DNA from: Piromyces finnis finn
Taxonomy: Eukaryota > Fungi > Neocallimastigomycota
Assembly: GCA_002104945.1 (NCBI GenBank)
Contig: MCFH01000027.1
Location: 186,001-250,000, forward strand
DNA: 64,000 nucleotides
Direction: 5' to 3'
Position numbers and translations under genes: made by a program. The number at the start of each line of letters is the position of its first letter. Within the stretch, counting starts at the first letter, position 1. This document shows, piece after piece, positions 50,804-64,000 of this stretch. Below the pieces are notes generated by a model. That model saw only the letters and a program-made list of their open reading frames with translations, was not told the origin of the DNA and searched no databases.

Positions 50804-51900
50804 ATGGATGATAATAATCAAGATAATAACAAAATTCATTACTTACAATATACTTATAAAATTAATTATATAAATATCCTCAAATCGAAAAATAATGAAC
50901 CAATAAATATAAGAGAAAATAAAGGAAATACTTTATTATATATTGCAATGCCAGAAAGTAAAGATATAGTAAAATATTTAATTGATAATGGTGCAAATAT
51001 ATATTTATTCAAAATAATAATGGAGATATAACAATGTCTTTGACAAAAAAGAATGGAAATAAAAACATTGACAACCTTTTAAATATATAGAAAATGAAAA
51101 TGTACTTTTTTTATGTAAAGCTATTAAGAAAATGGATATAATATTGAACCAATTCAAGTTATATCAGCTATTTAATTAATCCATTTAAAAATACTTCAAC
51201 TATTCTAAAGAAAAAACAAAATAGTAAAGGATTAACTTTATTTTATTATGTTTGTAAGCAAGAAAATGAAAAATGTTGCGAAATATTTAATTGAAAAGGA
51301 GCTAATACAAGTATTAAGAGTAGTAATGGAAGTATATCATTACATTATGCATGTAAATCAAAAAAAAAAAAAAATAATGTTTAATCTTGTAAAGTATTTA
51401 ATTAAGATTATAGGATTAAATATAAACATTAAAAATAAGTATAGAAAAATACAATTACATTATGTATGTAATAAAGCATATTTAAATATTTAATTGAAAA
51501 GGAAGTAGATCTAAGAATTATGAATTATGATGAAAGAGTATTATTATGTTTTGCTCTGTGGAGCAAAAAAAAAAAAAAGAAAATACTAATCTTGTTAGAA
51601 ATTTGATTGAAAATAAAAAAAATATCAACATCAACATTAAAGATAATTATGAAAGGATACTGTCACATTATGTATATATTAAAGAAAATGAAAACATAGT
51701 TAAATATTTAATTAAAAATAAAAAATAAAAAAATAAGTATCAACATTAGAAATAATCATGAATGTACACAATGTTCAACTTTTCATTGTGATTGTGAAAA
51801 AAGGAAATGAAAACATAGTTAAATATTTAATTGAAAAAAAAGTTGATACATTATATTAAATATAGTAATGAAAGCATCATCATTGTATTATGTCTGCAAA
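50804..51900 (+). pseudogene. Decayed ankyrin-repeat gene
   Basis: Broken frames with repeated ankyrin-like peptides: KGNTLLYIA…KDIVKYLIDNGANI, NVAKYLIEK, NLVKYLIKIIGLNINIKNKY..IQLHYVC, NIVKYLIK. Confidence 0.65.
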
Positions 51901-52699
51901 ATAAAAAAAAAAATTATTATTAATTTTGTACTATATTATTATTATCTATTTACTATATATAATTATCTAATTAAAAATATATTATATTATTTATAAATAT
52001 TATAAGTTGAGAAAATATTGCTTTATTTTCATAACTGATGTATAGTATTTAGATAAACTTAACCATAAAATATTCAGGATTCCAAAACAAAAAATGAAAA
52101 TATACGGTCTAGAATTCATTATAGTACCTATAATCCTTGTCACTCCAAAAAGTTTAAGAAATATTTAGAAATTTTTCAAATAGAAGAAAAAAGTGAAAAA
52201 TATAATAATATTCTAATTATAATCCAGTCTATGAAGAAAATTATAAATGTTTTATTAAAAAAATGATATCAGCAATCATAATAACTATAAGAAATGTACA
52301 AGATGTAAAGTATTTACACTTTCTCCAAAAAAAAAAACTTGTATAAAATGTAAAGATAGATATTTTGTATCAAAAAAAATAAATAAATAAATGAGCTAAA
52401 TATTCTTCACTAACACAACGTACGAAATGTGAAATAGAATAAAAGTCAATAAAAGTTTAACATATAAATTTTAAACATAAAATTTAAAAAAAAAAAAGAA
52501 ATGAGTATAATATATTTTAGGCATTTTAATTAAAGTAAAAAGACCCAACACTTACTTGAATATGTTTTTTTTTTTTAGACTAGGAAGAACTTTTTCTTGT
52601 ATTTATTTACATAATTTGTGATATTACATTATATTAGGAGATATTACATATTAATATAATAAATAATATACAAAAATATATATATAATATAAAAAGGAA

Positions 52700-53780
52700 A
52701 TATTTTTTTAAGTTTAATGAACTCTGCAATTTGTACTGTGTGGGACTGATCCTTATCTAATAAATTAAATGAAATAAAAAAGAGAAGTAACATCAGATAA
52801 TGTGATGTCTACTAAACTTTCCCATGAGTTCATAATGTTTTTATTTAAATAAATACTAACATTGAACCCTGTGTACGAAACATTAGGAATGTTCTTTTGC
52901 CATATCGGTACGACGTCGGCGCTCTTGTTTAATTTAGGTGTCTTACTAAGCCTATTAAAAAGTAGCTTCATTGAACTATTAATAATAGGGATTATTTTAA
53001 TAAGAAAAACCACGAGACCCTGATGAACTGTTAAGCTGTTCATTCAAATATCTTTGTTCCGCCTTATCAGTTTGTAGCTCATCATAAGCTATAGTTCCAC
53101 CAAGAAGGAACATAAAAATATAGTTATAATTGGTTTTTCTTATTTCCATTTTTTGGAGTAAGTAAGTGATGAATTGACTTTCGCATTTATTATGAAAAAG
53201 GGTAAAAAGATCGTCAATAAAGCTAAAGGAAAAAGTTCTGTATTCAGAGAATGCAGAACATTCTAAAATCCAATGATAAAAAGATTGTTCATCATATCCG
53301 CAACATGGACAAACACGAAGGCAATCAGAAGTAACTCTATTACTGGCAACAGCAATTCTGGTAGTGTTTTCATAACCGCATCGAATACGAATAATCCAAA
53401 AAATTCCTAAATTTAAGTGAGGTTTGTTGAGACCGATATGCATTAGGCGATTTGTTGTTAGTATATCTGAGGGTTTTACTTCCATTATTAAGGCTACTTT
53501 TATTCCAATAATGTTCTCTAATATCTTTACTACTTTTAATATTTATTTTCATAAGTTTCTTATATAGTAAATAAGATTCTTTGGCCTAAGAGTAATGAGA
53601 CATGGGAAGAATAGATAGGATGAAATCTTTAATAATACAGTTTGATTTTCACCATTTAACAAAGTATTTTACTATTTCACTTATTGTGCAGCACAAATAC
53701 CTGAAAGTGTTAGAATCCTCAAATCCTTTGTAAGAGTATACAGACTAATAAATGAATTTCGTTCAAAAACAAAATCATTG
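52700..53780 (-). mobile_element. Short 3' fragment of a non-LTR retrotransposon (LINE)
   Basis: Degraded C-terminal region with CPCC…EQSFYHWILEC zinc-binding motif and FMFLLGG, paralogous to the C-terminus of the copy at 54055-54873. Confidence 0.7.
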
Positions 53781-53949
53781 TTATTTAGACTTTTATTGTG
53801 AATGCTATTTTTTTTTTTTAACGGCATCAAATATTTTAAACTTTATTATTAATTTAATTAAAATTATAATACATGTTATAAAAAAATAAAAATAAAAATA
53901 AAAAAAAAATATGTTTAAATAAATACAAATGAATAAAAATTGGGTATAA

Positions 53950-56510
53950 TGTATTCTAGTAATTTTAATTAAAGTAAGAAAGCCACTATTATACTAAAGT
54001 ATAATAATTATATTTGGCTTCCAATGGGACACTGAGCCAAAGATCAAAATTTTGTCATGGGACAAAATTATGATCTCTATTGGTTGCGCTGGCCCTCCTG
54101 GCCTGTCTTATTGTTTCTTCAGTATTGACGCTCTTGGATGTTGCTTCAAACCTTTTGAACATTAACCATTGCTGGCCAATAGCAGAATGCATGATTCTGG
54201 TTAGAAGTTCCACCATTACCGTCAAGAATGGTGTTCTTTCGTTAGTGCCAGATTGAATCTGACACTTGCAAAGTTCTTTCCATTCCCTTGAATTGTAATT
54301 AATATTATTAAAACTTCTTCCTCCAAGAAGGAATTTAAATATTTTATTGCACACACTAGAATAATCATACACATTAATATTCACCGGATTATTAGAACTA
54401 TTACTATTATTAACTAAATTACTATCTAAATTAGTATTGTTATTATTACTATTGTTACTATTACTATTAATATTATTGCTATCTCTATTGATATTAACAT
54501 TTTCATAATTATTGATAGGACTATTGGAATTACGTTGACTGAAAAAATTTAATAGCTGGACTATGAGTTTGTAATGTTAAATACGGATATCTCTAAATGT
54601 TGAACAATCTGATAACCAATGCTTAATACTTTGATCACCACTCTTGCAACATGGACAGTAGCTAGGACAAATTGAATCAATAAATTTAGCATCTTTTGCA
54701 ACTCTAGCATCCAACTTACCGCTTCTTACTTTTAATAGCCAGTAGAATCCATAGGCAAACTCTGGGTACTCATAACATAATTTAATAAAATCTTTAGTTT
54801 CAATAAATTTATTATCATCATAATTTTGTGCTTTGATTGAATATAAACAATACAACTTTATGAACTCCGGCAACCTATCTTATTCCTTTGTTAACATGCT
54901 TCTGAGCAATCCTAGACTTAGCTTTGTTGGATCCAAGTAATGGTGCAAAGTATGAAACTCTGCTAATCACTTGTGAGTTAAGTACTAGCATTTTGAAAGG
55001 AATAGGAATATTAGGATTTCTTAAGAATTTACTGACTGAAAAAAGTCCTTTCAAAACTTTGTTATTAATAGTTTTAATAACTAGTTTAAGGGACAAATTC
55101 TTATCAAATGGAACACCAAGATAAGTGTAATAATCAGTAGTTGGAATGAATTTTCCTGCTAAGTAAAATGTTGGATCCTTCTTGTTCTGATTTTCTATTG
55201 ATTTAGGACGAATCACCATCATTGAACATTTCTGGATACCAAATTCCATTTCATTATACAAAGCCCAATCATTAACTCTTTTTAGCATCTCCTCTTGATG
55301 GAGCACAAATAACTATATCATCTGCAAAAAGTCCACCACAGCATCGAGTGTCACCTAAACTAACTCCGAGATCTTCGCACTCTTTAAAAATATCATTAAT
55401 AAAGAGATTAAAGAGAATAGGTGAAAGTGGGCAACCTTGACGGACTCCTTTCTTCACATCAAATGATTTCGAGAATTGTCCATCTAATTTGACATTAGCC
55501 TTAGATGTTAAATATAAATTTTTGATAAATTGTAAACTCTTACCTCGGATTCCTAAACAATCTAATTTATGGAGAATATTACCGATTGGGACTGAATCGT
55601 ATGCTTTCCTGAGATCTAAAAAGGCCAAATATGTCTCTTTATTATCTAATTGACGTCTACGGCATATTTCTTGGATTGAAATGAAAAGACTGATACTTTC
55701 TTCCTTTTTTCGAAAACCAAATTGTTCAGGTCTAATGAAATTATTCTTTAGACCATATTCTGAAATTCCAGTGGTGACAATTTTTGAAATCAACTTAATA
55801 CCATTATTGATAAGTGATATACCTCGATAGTTATCACAATCTGTCAAATCTCCCTTCTTAGGAATAGAAACAATACTGGATTCATTCCAAGAGCTGGGGA
55901 AATCTCCATCCCAAATACGGTTGAATAATTTAAGAATAAAATTTAAACCACGAGCATCATTATCTGAAGTGGTATTACCAGAAGAATTATTATCTGTAGC
56001 ATTATTAGAATCATTACTTGATGGAATTAATGCTTTGTAAAATTCAATTGGAATACCATCCGGACCTGATGCTTTATAATTTGGAGTAGAGAGGATAGCT
56101 GACTTGACTTCATCAATACTAATATCTTGGTTGATATCCCACTCATCAAGCATAGGAAGTGAAAAACGTTTATTCGTTGGTTCTTCATACCAATGCTCCA
56201 AATCAAGACTTACACCACTTGGATCTGATGCAAGGTTTTCGAAATGATCATGCCACACTTCAAGTTGTTCTTCCGTAGCAACAACTAATTCTCCATTTTT
56301 ATTTTTAATTGGTTGAGCAATAAAGAAAGAATCTTTTCCAATTTTTGCAGTTTTCTTGATCCATTTCCAGGCCTTCTTAGGATTATGCCTTTTCAAATAC
56401 TCACATCCTGTTTTAATCCAATGAAGATATTCACGTTTCTCTTTTTTTCTCGTTTCCTATACTTATTACATCTTTTGTGGATGTAATCAATAAGCTTATG
56501 GTAATTAGAA
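53950..56510 (-). mobile_element. 5'-truncated, frameshifted non-LTR retrotransposon (LINE) with RT and C-terminal zinc motif
   Basis: KASGPDG, DNYRGISL, QFGFR, FLDLRKAYDSV, GVRQGCPLSPILFNLFIND, LFADD; CPCC…SIKHWLSDC; no endonuclease domain present. Confidence 0.9.
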
Positions 56511-57044
56511 AAAAATACACATTTATTCTAATACAAACTTATTTTAACTAAAACACTTCTACAACTTCTAACATTACTTTATTATAAATATTACAACCAT
56601 TACTATATATCCCCTACTCAACTTATTACTATTTTTTCTTAGTAATTATATTGATTTATTTATTTAAATACAATTTTAATCATTCGTATCAAAATTATAT
56701 TATAAATATATTTAATGATTATTATTAATGATTAAGATAAAATTTTTAAACTTCCATTATCAAATACTTTTAATTTTATTTTTATTTACTTTTTAGTTTT
56801 AACTTTTATTTTTTATTTTTATTTAATTTCTCACTTTTATATTCTTTTATTTTAAAATTTCTCACTTTTATTTTATTTTTTATTTTATTACTTTATTTTA
56901 TTACTTTTTATTTTAAATTTATTTTTAATTAATTATATTTTTATAAATAATTAAAATTTTAATTGTTTTATCTTCATTTTTAAGATACAAATAAAAAATA
57001 ATTCTAAAATAGTTTTAAGTACTGTTTTGTCTAAATTAATTAAT

Positions 57045-58523
57045 TTAGAGTGGTGGGTTGGCATTCTTAATACCTTCTTCGAAGAAGGCTTGGAACCATT
57101 GACCGGCTTCTGGAGCTGGCTTCATGGCGGTTCTGTGACCACAGTAACCATCGTAACGCTTAGCACTTTCATCAGAGGTACCATCAGATTCACCGTATGG
57201 CTTAACCCAGTAGAAAGCATCAAGGTAATCCATACCGGAAATTGGGTTAGCTTGTGGACGAGCACCAACACCGGAACCGGTTTGGTTACACCATTCACCT
57301 GGGTGGAAACGGTCGTTCTTGACACCATTACGAGAGGTATCTTCAATGAAGTAAACAGACTTGATACCAGCAGAAGTAAAGTCCTTGTACATAGCTTCAA
57401 TGTATCTCTTTTCATCTGGGCAAGAGTTCCATTCAGTGTCTGGACCACGAGAGAGTTCTGGGTCTTCCCATGGAGTGTAGTTAGCAACGTTGGAAGCGAA
57501 ACCACGAACCTTACCTGGAGAACCAGAAGAAATAACCTTAGAGTAAACCTTAGAGGCACCTAAACGGTTGTCATCCCAACCTAACCAGAAGGCGTGACCA
57601 ATATCAAGGTACATAGCAATGTGTGGAAGAACACCGAGCTTCTTGATTAAGTAAGCGTGACCATCTAAGTAGTACTTTTCAGAAGCAGCACAAGCTGGAG
57701 TGGAGGAAAGGTTAGTAACCATGTTAGCAAGAGAATCTGGTTCAATAATAAGAACAACTGGTTGAGAGATGTAAGTCTTTAACTTTTCTTCAATGACATC
57801 AATGTATTCAGACTTGTAACGAGCGGCATCAGCATCGTTAGCGAGAAGTTCACCATTGGAGGCAAGAGCGTGACAATCACGACCTGGTAAATCGTAAACA
57901 ACGAAAACGGTTAAGACAGTCTTACCGGTAGCGTTTTGTTCGGCAAGAGCAGACTTAAGGTTTCTTTCTAACCAGTTTTGCATGTTTTCAATGTTATCTA
58001 ACCAGATAGCGTTAGAGTATTCCTTCATCTTTTCAGCCTTAGCAATAAGGGAAGAGTCAGACATTTGAGCGATGGCAGCATCAACTTCAGCAGTGTAGTA
58101 TGGGTTAATGAAGAATTTGTGACCAGCGAATGGGTTACCAGAGTGAGTGTATTGGGAACCAATGCTTGGGTTGGAGTCATCGTAGCTAGTGTTACCACCA
58201 GTACTTGGAGTGGAACCAGAAACAATACCACACCAGTCACCGTTTTCAACACCCCACTTACCGTCGTTGTCAGTGTAAACAGCAACGGAAGTAGTCTTAC
58301 AGCAAGAGTAACCTAAAGCTTGAGCCCAGCAAGAAGCTTGTTGAGCCTTTGGAATACCACACCAGTTACCGTTTTCAATACCCCAGTTACCGTCACTGTC
58401 AGTGTATTCAACCTTAGCGTTGGAGGAAGAACAGCATGGGTAACCTAAGTTTTGAGACCAGCAAGCAGCGGAAGCCTTAGCGGCAAGAGCAGCAATAGCA
58501 GTTAAAGCAATAGAAGCCTTCAT
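57045..58523 (-). CDS. cel6A: Cellulosomal GH6 cellulase (likely cellobiohydrolase): signal peptide, two fungal dockerin (CBM10-like) domains, GH6 catalytic domain
   Basis: [19 protein letters not shown] signal; two CWS..LGY.CC…YTD.DG.WG.ENG.WCGI modules; [27 protein letters not shown] catalytic motifs; intronless. Confidence 0.95.
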   Translation of the reverse strand: MKASIALTAIAALAAKASAACWSQNLGYPCCSSSNAKVEYTDSDGNWGIENGNWCGIPKAQQASCWAQALGYSCCKTTSVAVYTDNDGKWGVENGDWCGIVSGSTPSTGGNTSYDDSNPSIGSQYTHSGNPFAGHKFFINPYYTAEVDAAIAQMSDSSLIAKAEKMKEYSNAIWLDNIENMQNWLERNLKSALAEQNATGKTVLTVFVVYDLPGRDCHALASNGELLANDADAARYKSEYIDVIEEKLKTYISQPVVLIIEPDSLANMVTNLSSTPACAASEKYYLDGHAYLIKKLGVLPHIAMYLDIGHAFWLGWDDNRLGASKVYSKVISSGSPGKVRGFASNVANYTPWEDPELSRGPDTEWNSCPDEKRYIEAMYKDFTSAGIKSVYFIEDTSRNGVKNDRFHPGEWCNQTGSGVGARPQANPISGMDYLDAFYWVKPYGESDGTSDESAKRYDGYCGHRTAMKPAPEAGQWFQAFFEEGIKNANPPL

Positions 58524-61500
58524 TTTGTTGTTTTTTAAATGTTTTTTTTGTGACTTGCACTTAAAATGTTTTAATTATTTTTTATAAGATTTTCTTCCAG
58601 AGAAAACTATTATAAACAATATTAAATTGTTACTGAAAAATAAAATTTAAGGAAAATTTCAATCCTTATATACAAAAATTTGTTTAGTAAATTAAATTGA
58701 TAATATATTAATATATAATTTCAATTAATTTTTTGTCTTAACAAATAATAATTTAGGGAATAAAGAAACAAAAATAAAGATTTTTGATAGTATACTATAA
58801 TCTTAATTAATAATAAATTAAAATAGTATCTTTCCTTGTTTTTAATTTAATAATATATGAATAAATGATATATATATCATAATAAACTCAGAAATTAATG
58901 ATAAACTATTAAACTGTAAATTAAATTATTCGACCTATCGTTACACAGTTTTTGATTAAATTTATTCAAACTAGATTTTGTTTTAAATAATATATAAGGT
59001 TTGTGATTTTCATCTTTAATATAAGATAATTAGTTTTATATATATATAAAGTTTGGGATTTGCATTTTGCATAAAATTTTTAATTTTTTCAAATTAATAT
59101 ATGAAACAATTTAAAAAAAGATAGTAATTAATAATGAAAGATTTGTGATATTATAATATTATGATATAATTAAAAAAAAAACATAAAAACTATGATATTA
59201 TTTATTTATTAGTTATTATTTAATTTTATAAATAAAATTTTAAGGTAAAATATTATAATTATCATTATTATTATAAATGAATAAATATTATATAAAAAAA
59301 CTATTCATTCAGTTTCAGTTATCCTATTTATTTATGGCATCTTTTGATATAAAACGTGTATTTTCACTACATAATAGAAATATTATTGGTTAATATTAAA
59401 ACTTCTAAATTCTTTTTTTTTTTTTTTATAATACTCTGCATTAATTAATTAGAAAAATGTTTCATAATTTAATTTATAATAAGTTGTATTCATTTTTTTT
59501 TTCCATTAATTCTAAATTAGTGATAATCTATAATGCCATAGAAAAAAAGAAAAAAAAAACTTTATACAATTTAAGTATTTAAACAAAATAAATAGTAATA
59601 TATAGCATTTATTTTGTATACTTTTGTATATAAAACTTTCTTTCCTACAAAATTACTTATTTAATGAACATGAATATGATGCACTTTTAGTTTTAAATAT
59701 TATACAATAGTAATTCAATTTAAAAAAAAATTAATTTCATTTTTTAAAACACTTTTAATTTCTTAAAAATGATGTTCCATTTTTTTAAAACAAAATTTTA
59801 AATCATATATAATTTAAAATGGATTAGTAATATTATATTAGAATTTTAATTATAATAAAAAATGTGATTTACAATACTGCATAATTAATCTTTCTAAAGG
59901 ATTTTTAAATAATTTAATACTATTTAAACACTTTACACCTAATCATTTAAAACTTGTAAAAATATATTCTTAAAAATAAATTCCGTAATAGGAATGTTTC
60001 TTTTATTTTATTTTATTATTATTTCTTGCCATTTTTAATAAAATATTAAAATATTATTTTTCATTAAATTTTCAAAAATTAATTTTTTTTAGTACCGTTC
60101 AGTCACATGATGCATTATTAAAACTTTACCCTTATTATAATAATAAAAAATGTATTAGAAATATTCCCATTTGGTAATTGTTTTAATATATGTTTCAAGT
60201 TTATTTTCAATCAAAAACTTAGTAAATAAAAATTAATATATTTTGTAATACTATTATCCTATTAAATTTGTTTTACTTAAACTCTATTTATTATAATTAT
60301 TTAAAACACTTATAACAGAAAAGTTGTGCCATTTGAAACCTTAAAAGTTAAAATAATATGTTACACTTTACATAATTAGTTAAAAAAAATTTAAACTTAA
60401 ATAGTAAAAATTGATTCATTTTTAAAAATGGGTTATTATTGGTATTCCATATTAATAAAAATAAGATGGGAATAAAAGCTAAAATTAAAATTAAAATATA
60501 ATTTATATATATTAAATAAACAAAATTTTAAATATTGCCATAAATAAACAAAGTATAGGAAAACAAAATCTATATAGAAATAAACACTACACCATTTTAC
60601 ATTTTATAATTTATTTTTTTATAGAAATATTTATAATTTATTTAGTTACATTTTTATTTTTTTGTACATTACGCATACATTATTCATTTAATTTTTAGAA
60701 CTTTTTTTTATGTTGTATGATTGTGATAAGTAACAGTTACATTAAAATATACCTGAAGATAAATAACTTAACCATTAATTCTTATTTACCTATTTATATT
60801 ATATTAATATTAAAGAAAAATAACCCTTAACGAGATTAAAAAAAAAAATATTAGATATAGTAAAATTATTTATTTTTATTTGAATTATTACTATTATTTT
60901 ATTAATAAAAGTGTATTTGTTTACCATTTTATCAGTTAATAATAAATGTATTATATTTTTATAATAATATTATAAACTGGATTAAAAAGTTGAATTTATA
61001 ATTAAAGTTTTAAATAACTTTTTAAAGTTTTTTTTTTATTAATAATTAAAATTTATTATTTGTTTATAAACAACTATTTTATTTTTTATTTATTGTGTAT
61101 TTTCGTTTTATAATGATGTTATCATACTACTACTTCTATTATTTTATTTTTAAGTTTTACTATTTTAACTTTGATAATAATTTATTTCCCCTATCATAAA
61201 AGTAAAATAAAATACTTATATTTTGTTTTTTTATTTGTTTGTTAGTAATTATCAAGTATTAATAATTAGTTTATCTAAAAAAATAGCTCTGTTGAATACT
61301 TTTAATTTTCTATACTAGCAATGCTTCATATAAACTTAAATATTTTTAAAACCTTTATATCCATAAAAGTATTAAAATAATATAAGGGTTAGTACATTTT
61401 AATTCTGTATCTTTCTTTTTTAAGGATTAGAGAGTTTAATTATGATATAAAAATGTAGCTAATATTGTAATGTAATATATTAATAAAATAATGTAAACAC

Positions 61501-61734
61501 ATAAATACATATTATTATAACACCAGTAACGATTTATAAACATATATATACATATTACACATACACTAAATTGAACAATTTTGAATATTTTTTTTTTTAT
61601 ATATATTATAATTAAAGTTTATTAATTTTTAATATATAATTCTTTTTTATTTTTTTTTTATTTTTTTTTTTCTATATATGTATATTTTTTAAGGTTTCTT
61701 TTACTTATTTTTCCAAAAATTATGGGTATAAAAT

Positions 61735-63204
61735 TTAAAGTGGTGGGTTGGCATTTTCAAGACCTTGTTCGAAATGCTTTTGGAACCATTGACCGGCTTC
61801 TGGAGCTGGCTTCATGGCAGTAGCGTGTCCACAGTAACCATCGAAACGCTTAGCACTTTCATCAGAGGTACCATCAGATTCACCAAGTGGTTTAACCCAG
61901 TAGAAAGCATCAAGGTAATCCATACCAGAAACTGGATTGGCTTGTGGTCTGGCACCAATACCAACACCAGTTTGGTTACACCATTCACCTGGGTGGGTAC
62001 GATCGGTCTTGTGACCGTTACGAGAGGTATCTTCAACGAAGTAAACAGACTTAATACCAGCAGAAGTAAAGTCCTTGTACATAGCTTGAATGTATCTCTT
62101 TTCATCTGGGCAAGAGTTCCATTCAGTGTCTGGACCACGAGAAAGAGTTGGGTCTTCCCATGGAGTGTAGTTGGAAACATTGGAAGCGAAACCACGAACC
62201 TTACCTGGAGAACCGGAGGCAATAGCCTTAGAGTAAACCTTACCAGCCTTTTCACGGTTATCATCCCAACCTAACCAGAAGGCGTGACCAATATCAAGGT
62301 ACATAGCAACGTGTGGAAGAACACCAAGCTTCTTAATTAAATAGGCGTGAGCATCTAAGTAGTACTTCTCAGAAGCAGCACAAGCTGGAGTAGATTCAAT
62401 GTTAGTGACCATGTTAGCAAGAGAATCTGGTTCAATAATAAGAACAACTGGTTGAGACTTATAAGTCTTTAACTTTTCTTCAATGACATCAATGTATTCA
62501 GACTTGTAACGAGCAGCATCACTATCGTTAGCGAGAAGTTCACCATTGGAGGCAAGAGCGTGACAATCACGACCTGGTAAATCGTAAACAACGAAAACGG
62601 TTAAGACCTTAGTACTACCACTTTGTTCAGCAAGAGCAGTCTTAAGATTCTTTTCTAACCATTCATTCATGTTCTTGATGGTATCTAACCAAATAGCGTT
62701 AGAGTATTCCTTCATCTTCTTAGCCTTGGCAATAAGAGAAGAGTCAGACATTTGAGCGATGGCACCATCAACTTCAGCAGTGTAGTATGGATTAATGAAG
62801 AACTTAACACCAGCAAATGGGTTACCAGTGATAGTGTATTGTTCACCTGGGGTAACATTACCACCGGAACTGCTGGAACCACCACTGGAACTTCCACCCT
62901 TTTGAATACCACACCAGTTACCGTTTTCAACACCCCAATCACCATCACCATCAGTGTAAACTGGAATAGAAGTAGAAGTACAACATGGGTAACCTAAAGC
63001 TTGAGACCAGCATCCAGCAGATTGACTAGTAGATCCACCAATACCACACCAATTACCATTTTCGACACCCCATTGACCATCACTGTCAGTGTAAACAACA
63101 TTGTTTCCACTGCAACATGGGTATCCTAATCTTTCAGAGAAACAACCTGCAGAAGCCTTAGCGGCAAGAGCAGCAATAGCAGTTAAAGCAAAAGAAGCCT
63201 TCAT
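61735..63204 (-). CDS. cel6A: Second cellulosomal GH6 cellulase, tandem paralog (double dockerin + GH6)
   Basis: Same architecture and motifs ([22 protein letters not shown]); Gly/Ser linker differs from the first copy. Confidence 0.95.
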   Translation of the reverse strand: MKASFALTAIAALAAKASAGCFSERLGYPCCSGNNVVYTDSDGQWGVENGNWCGIGGSTSQSAGCWSQALGYPCCTSTSIPVYTDGDGDWGVENGNWCGIQKGGSSSGGSSSSGGNVTPGEQYTITGNPFAGVKFFINPYYTAEVDGAIAQMSDSSLIAKAKKMKEYSNAIWLDTIKNMNEWLEKNLKTALAEQSGSTKVLTVFVVYDLPGRDCHALASNGELLANDSDAARYKSEYIDVIEEKLKTYKSQPVVLIIEPDSLANMVTNIESTPACAASEKYYLDAHAYLIKKLGVLPHVAMYLDIGHAFWLGWDDNREKAGKVYSKAIASGSPGKVRGFASNVSNYTPWEDPTLSRGPDTEWNSCPDEKRYIQAMYKDFTSAGIKSVYFVEDTSRNGHKTDRTHPGEWCNQTGVGIGARPQANPVSGMDYLDAFYWVKPLGESDGTSDESAKRFDGYCGHATAMKPAPEAGQWFQKHFEQGLENANPPL

Positions 63205-64000
63205 TTTTAATAAATATTGTACTAATTAAAAAAAATATCTAAATCTATTATATAATTTTTAATTTGATAAAGATAAAAAGGTAGATAATCCTTTTGTTTT
63301 TATAGTAAAATAAAAAATTTAGATTAATATTATAAAACTTTATTATTAGGGATAAACTGTCAACTTTATTAATGATAAATTATAATTATGCTTTTATAAT
63401 TTTATTTTATCTTAATTATTTAAAAAATCATTTAAAATAATTTAGTAATAAAACTAATCTAAACTTTTTACGTTTTTAAATTTTTATTATTAGTAATATC
63501 GTAATATCTTTATTATTTTAAAAATGAATGTATATAAACTGTATTTTTAATTAGAATTTTAATAACTAATATTTTAGTATAAGTGGTATGAATTAACTAT
63601 TAAATAAACATAAGAAATTTTGAAATTATAAAAAGTTAATTTTTTTTTAGATACTATATAACATTCATTAGTTAGATGTAATTGTTATTTTGTAATTGTA
63701 ACTATAAGCATGGTAAAAATAAAATGAAATTATAACCTAAGAGTTATTAATTTAAACGACAACAAAATACCTAATATATATATATTTATACTTTTTAAAT
63801 TTCAAATAAAAAATAAACGCGTTATTCAATATACATAAAATATATAAAATATATATATATTAAACCAATTTTTATTTTTTATAAAAATTTTTAGTTTTAA
63901 TAAGTTCAATATATATATATTGTTATTATGCATTAATGCATTATGTAAAACTGTGTTTTATTGCGATAAAATTAAAAATTAAATTAACAAACAAAAAAAA

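Noticed and set aside
56510-56694. Possible minus-strand LTR start (TTT-TGATACG) next to the LINE
   Set aside because: No second terminus or homologous copy in the window; a 7-mer could be chance.
57027-62997. Antisense and alternate-frame ORFs overlapping the GH6 genes
   Set aside because: Expected shadows of strongly biased codon usage; the same shadows recur in both paralogs and carry no recognisable motifs.

Overview
Very AT-rich eukaryotic DNA, almost certainly from an anaerobic gut fungus (Neocallimastigomycota). The evidence is two intronless GH6 cellulases with paired fungal dockerins and an ITS1 start carrying TCCTACCCTTTGTGAATT. About 49 kb of the window is not randomly nested transposon debris but two ordered stacks of Ty3/gypsy elements and solo LTRs. 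The units abut end to end, separated only by 3-7 bp T-tracts (…TCA-tttt-TGA…). The larger stack (12271 to >49177, 12 top-level units from about 10 LTR families) starts 13 bp upstream of an intact tRNA-Cys(GCA) gene; its proximal units are intact and its distal units decayed. A second class of LTR element sits 51-52 bp inside the left edge of stacked LTRs. In the right stack that is the tRNA-proximal edge, and a different host family shows the same offset in the left stack, suggesting two Pol III-anchored integration windows. Further signals: a covariation-supported -1 frameshift pseudoknot in four elements, a conserved pre-PPT hairpin, a Tf1-like self-priming element, a gag-protease-only element, and a rearranged element containing an 18S-ITS1 rDNA fragment. 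The right end holds a decayed ankyrin-repeat gene, two truncated LINE copies and two tandem dockerin-GH6 genes. LTR family letters are labels I assigned here. All comparisons were done by eye.
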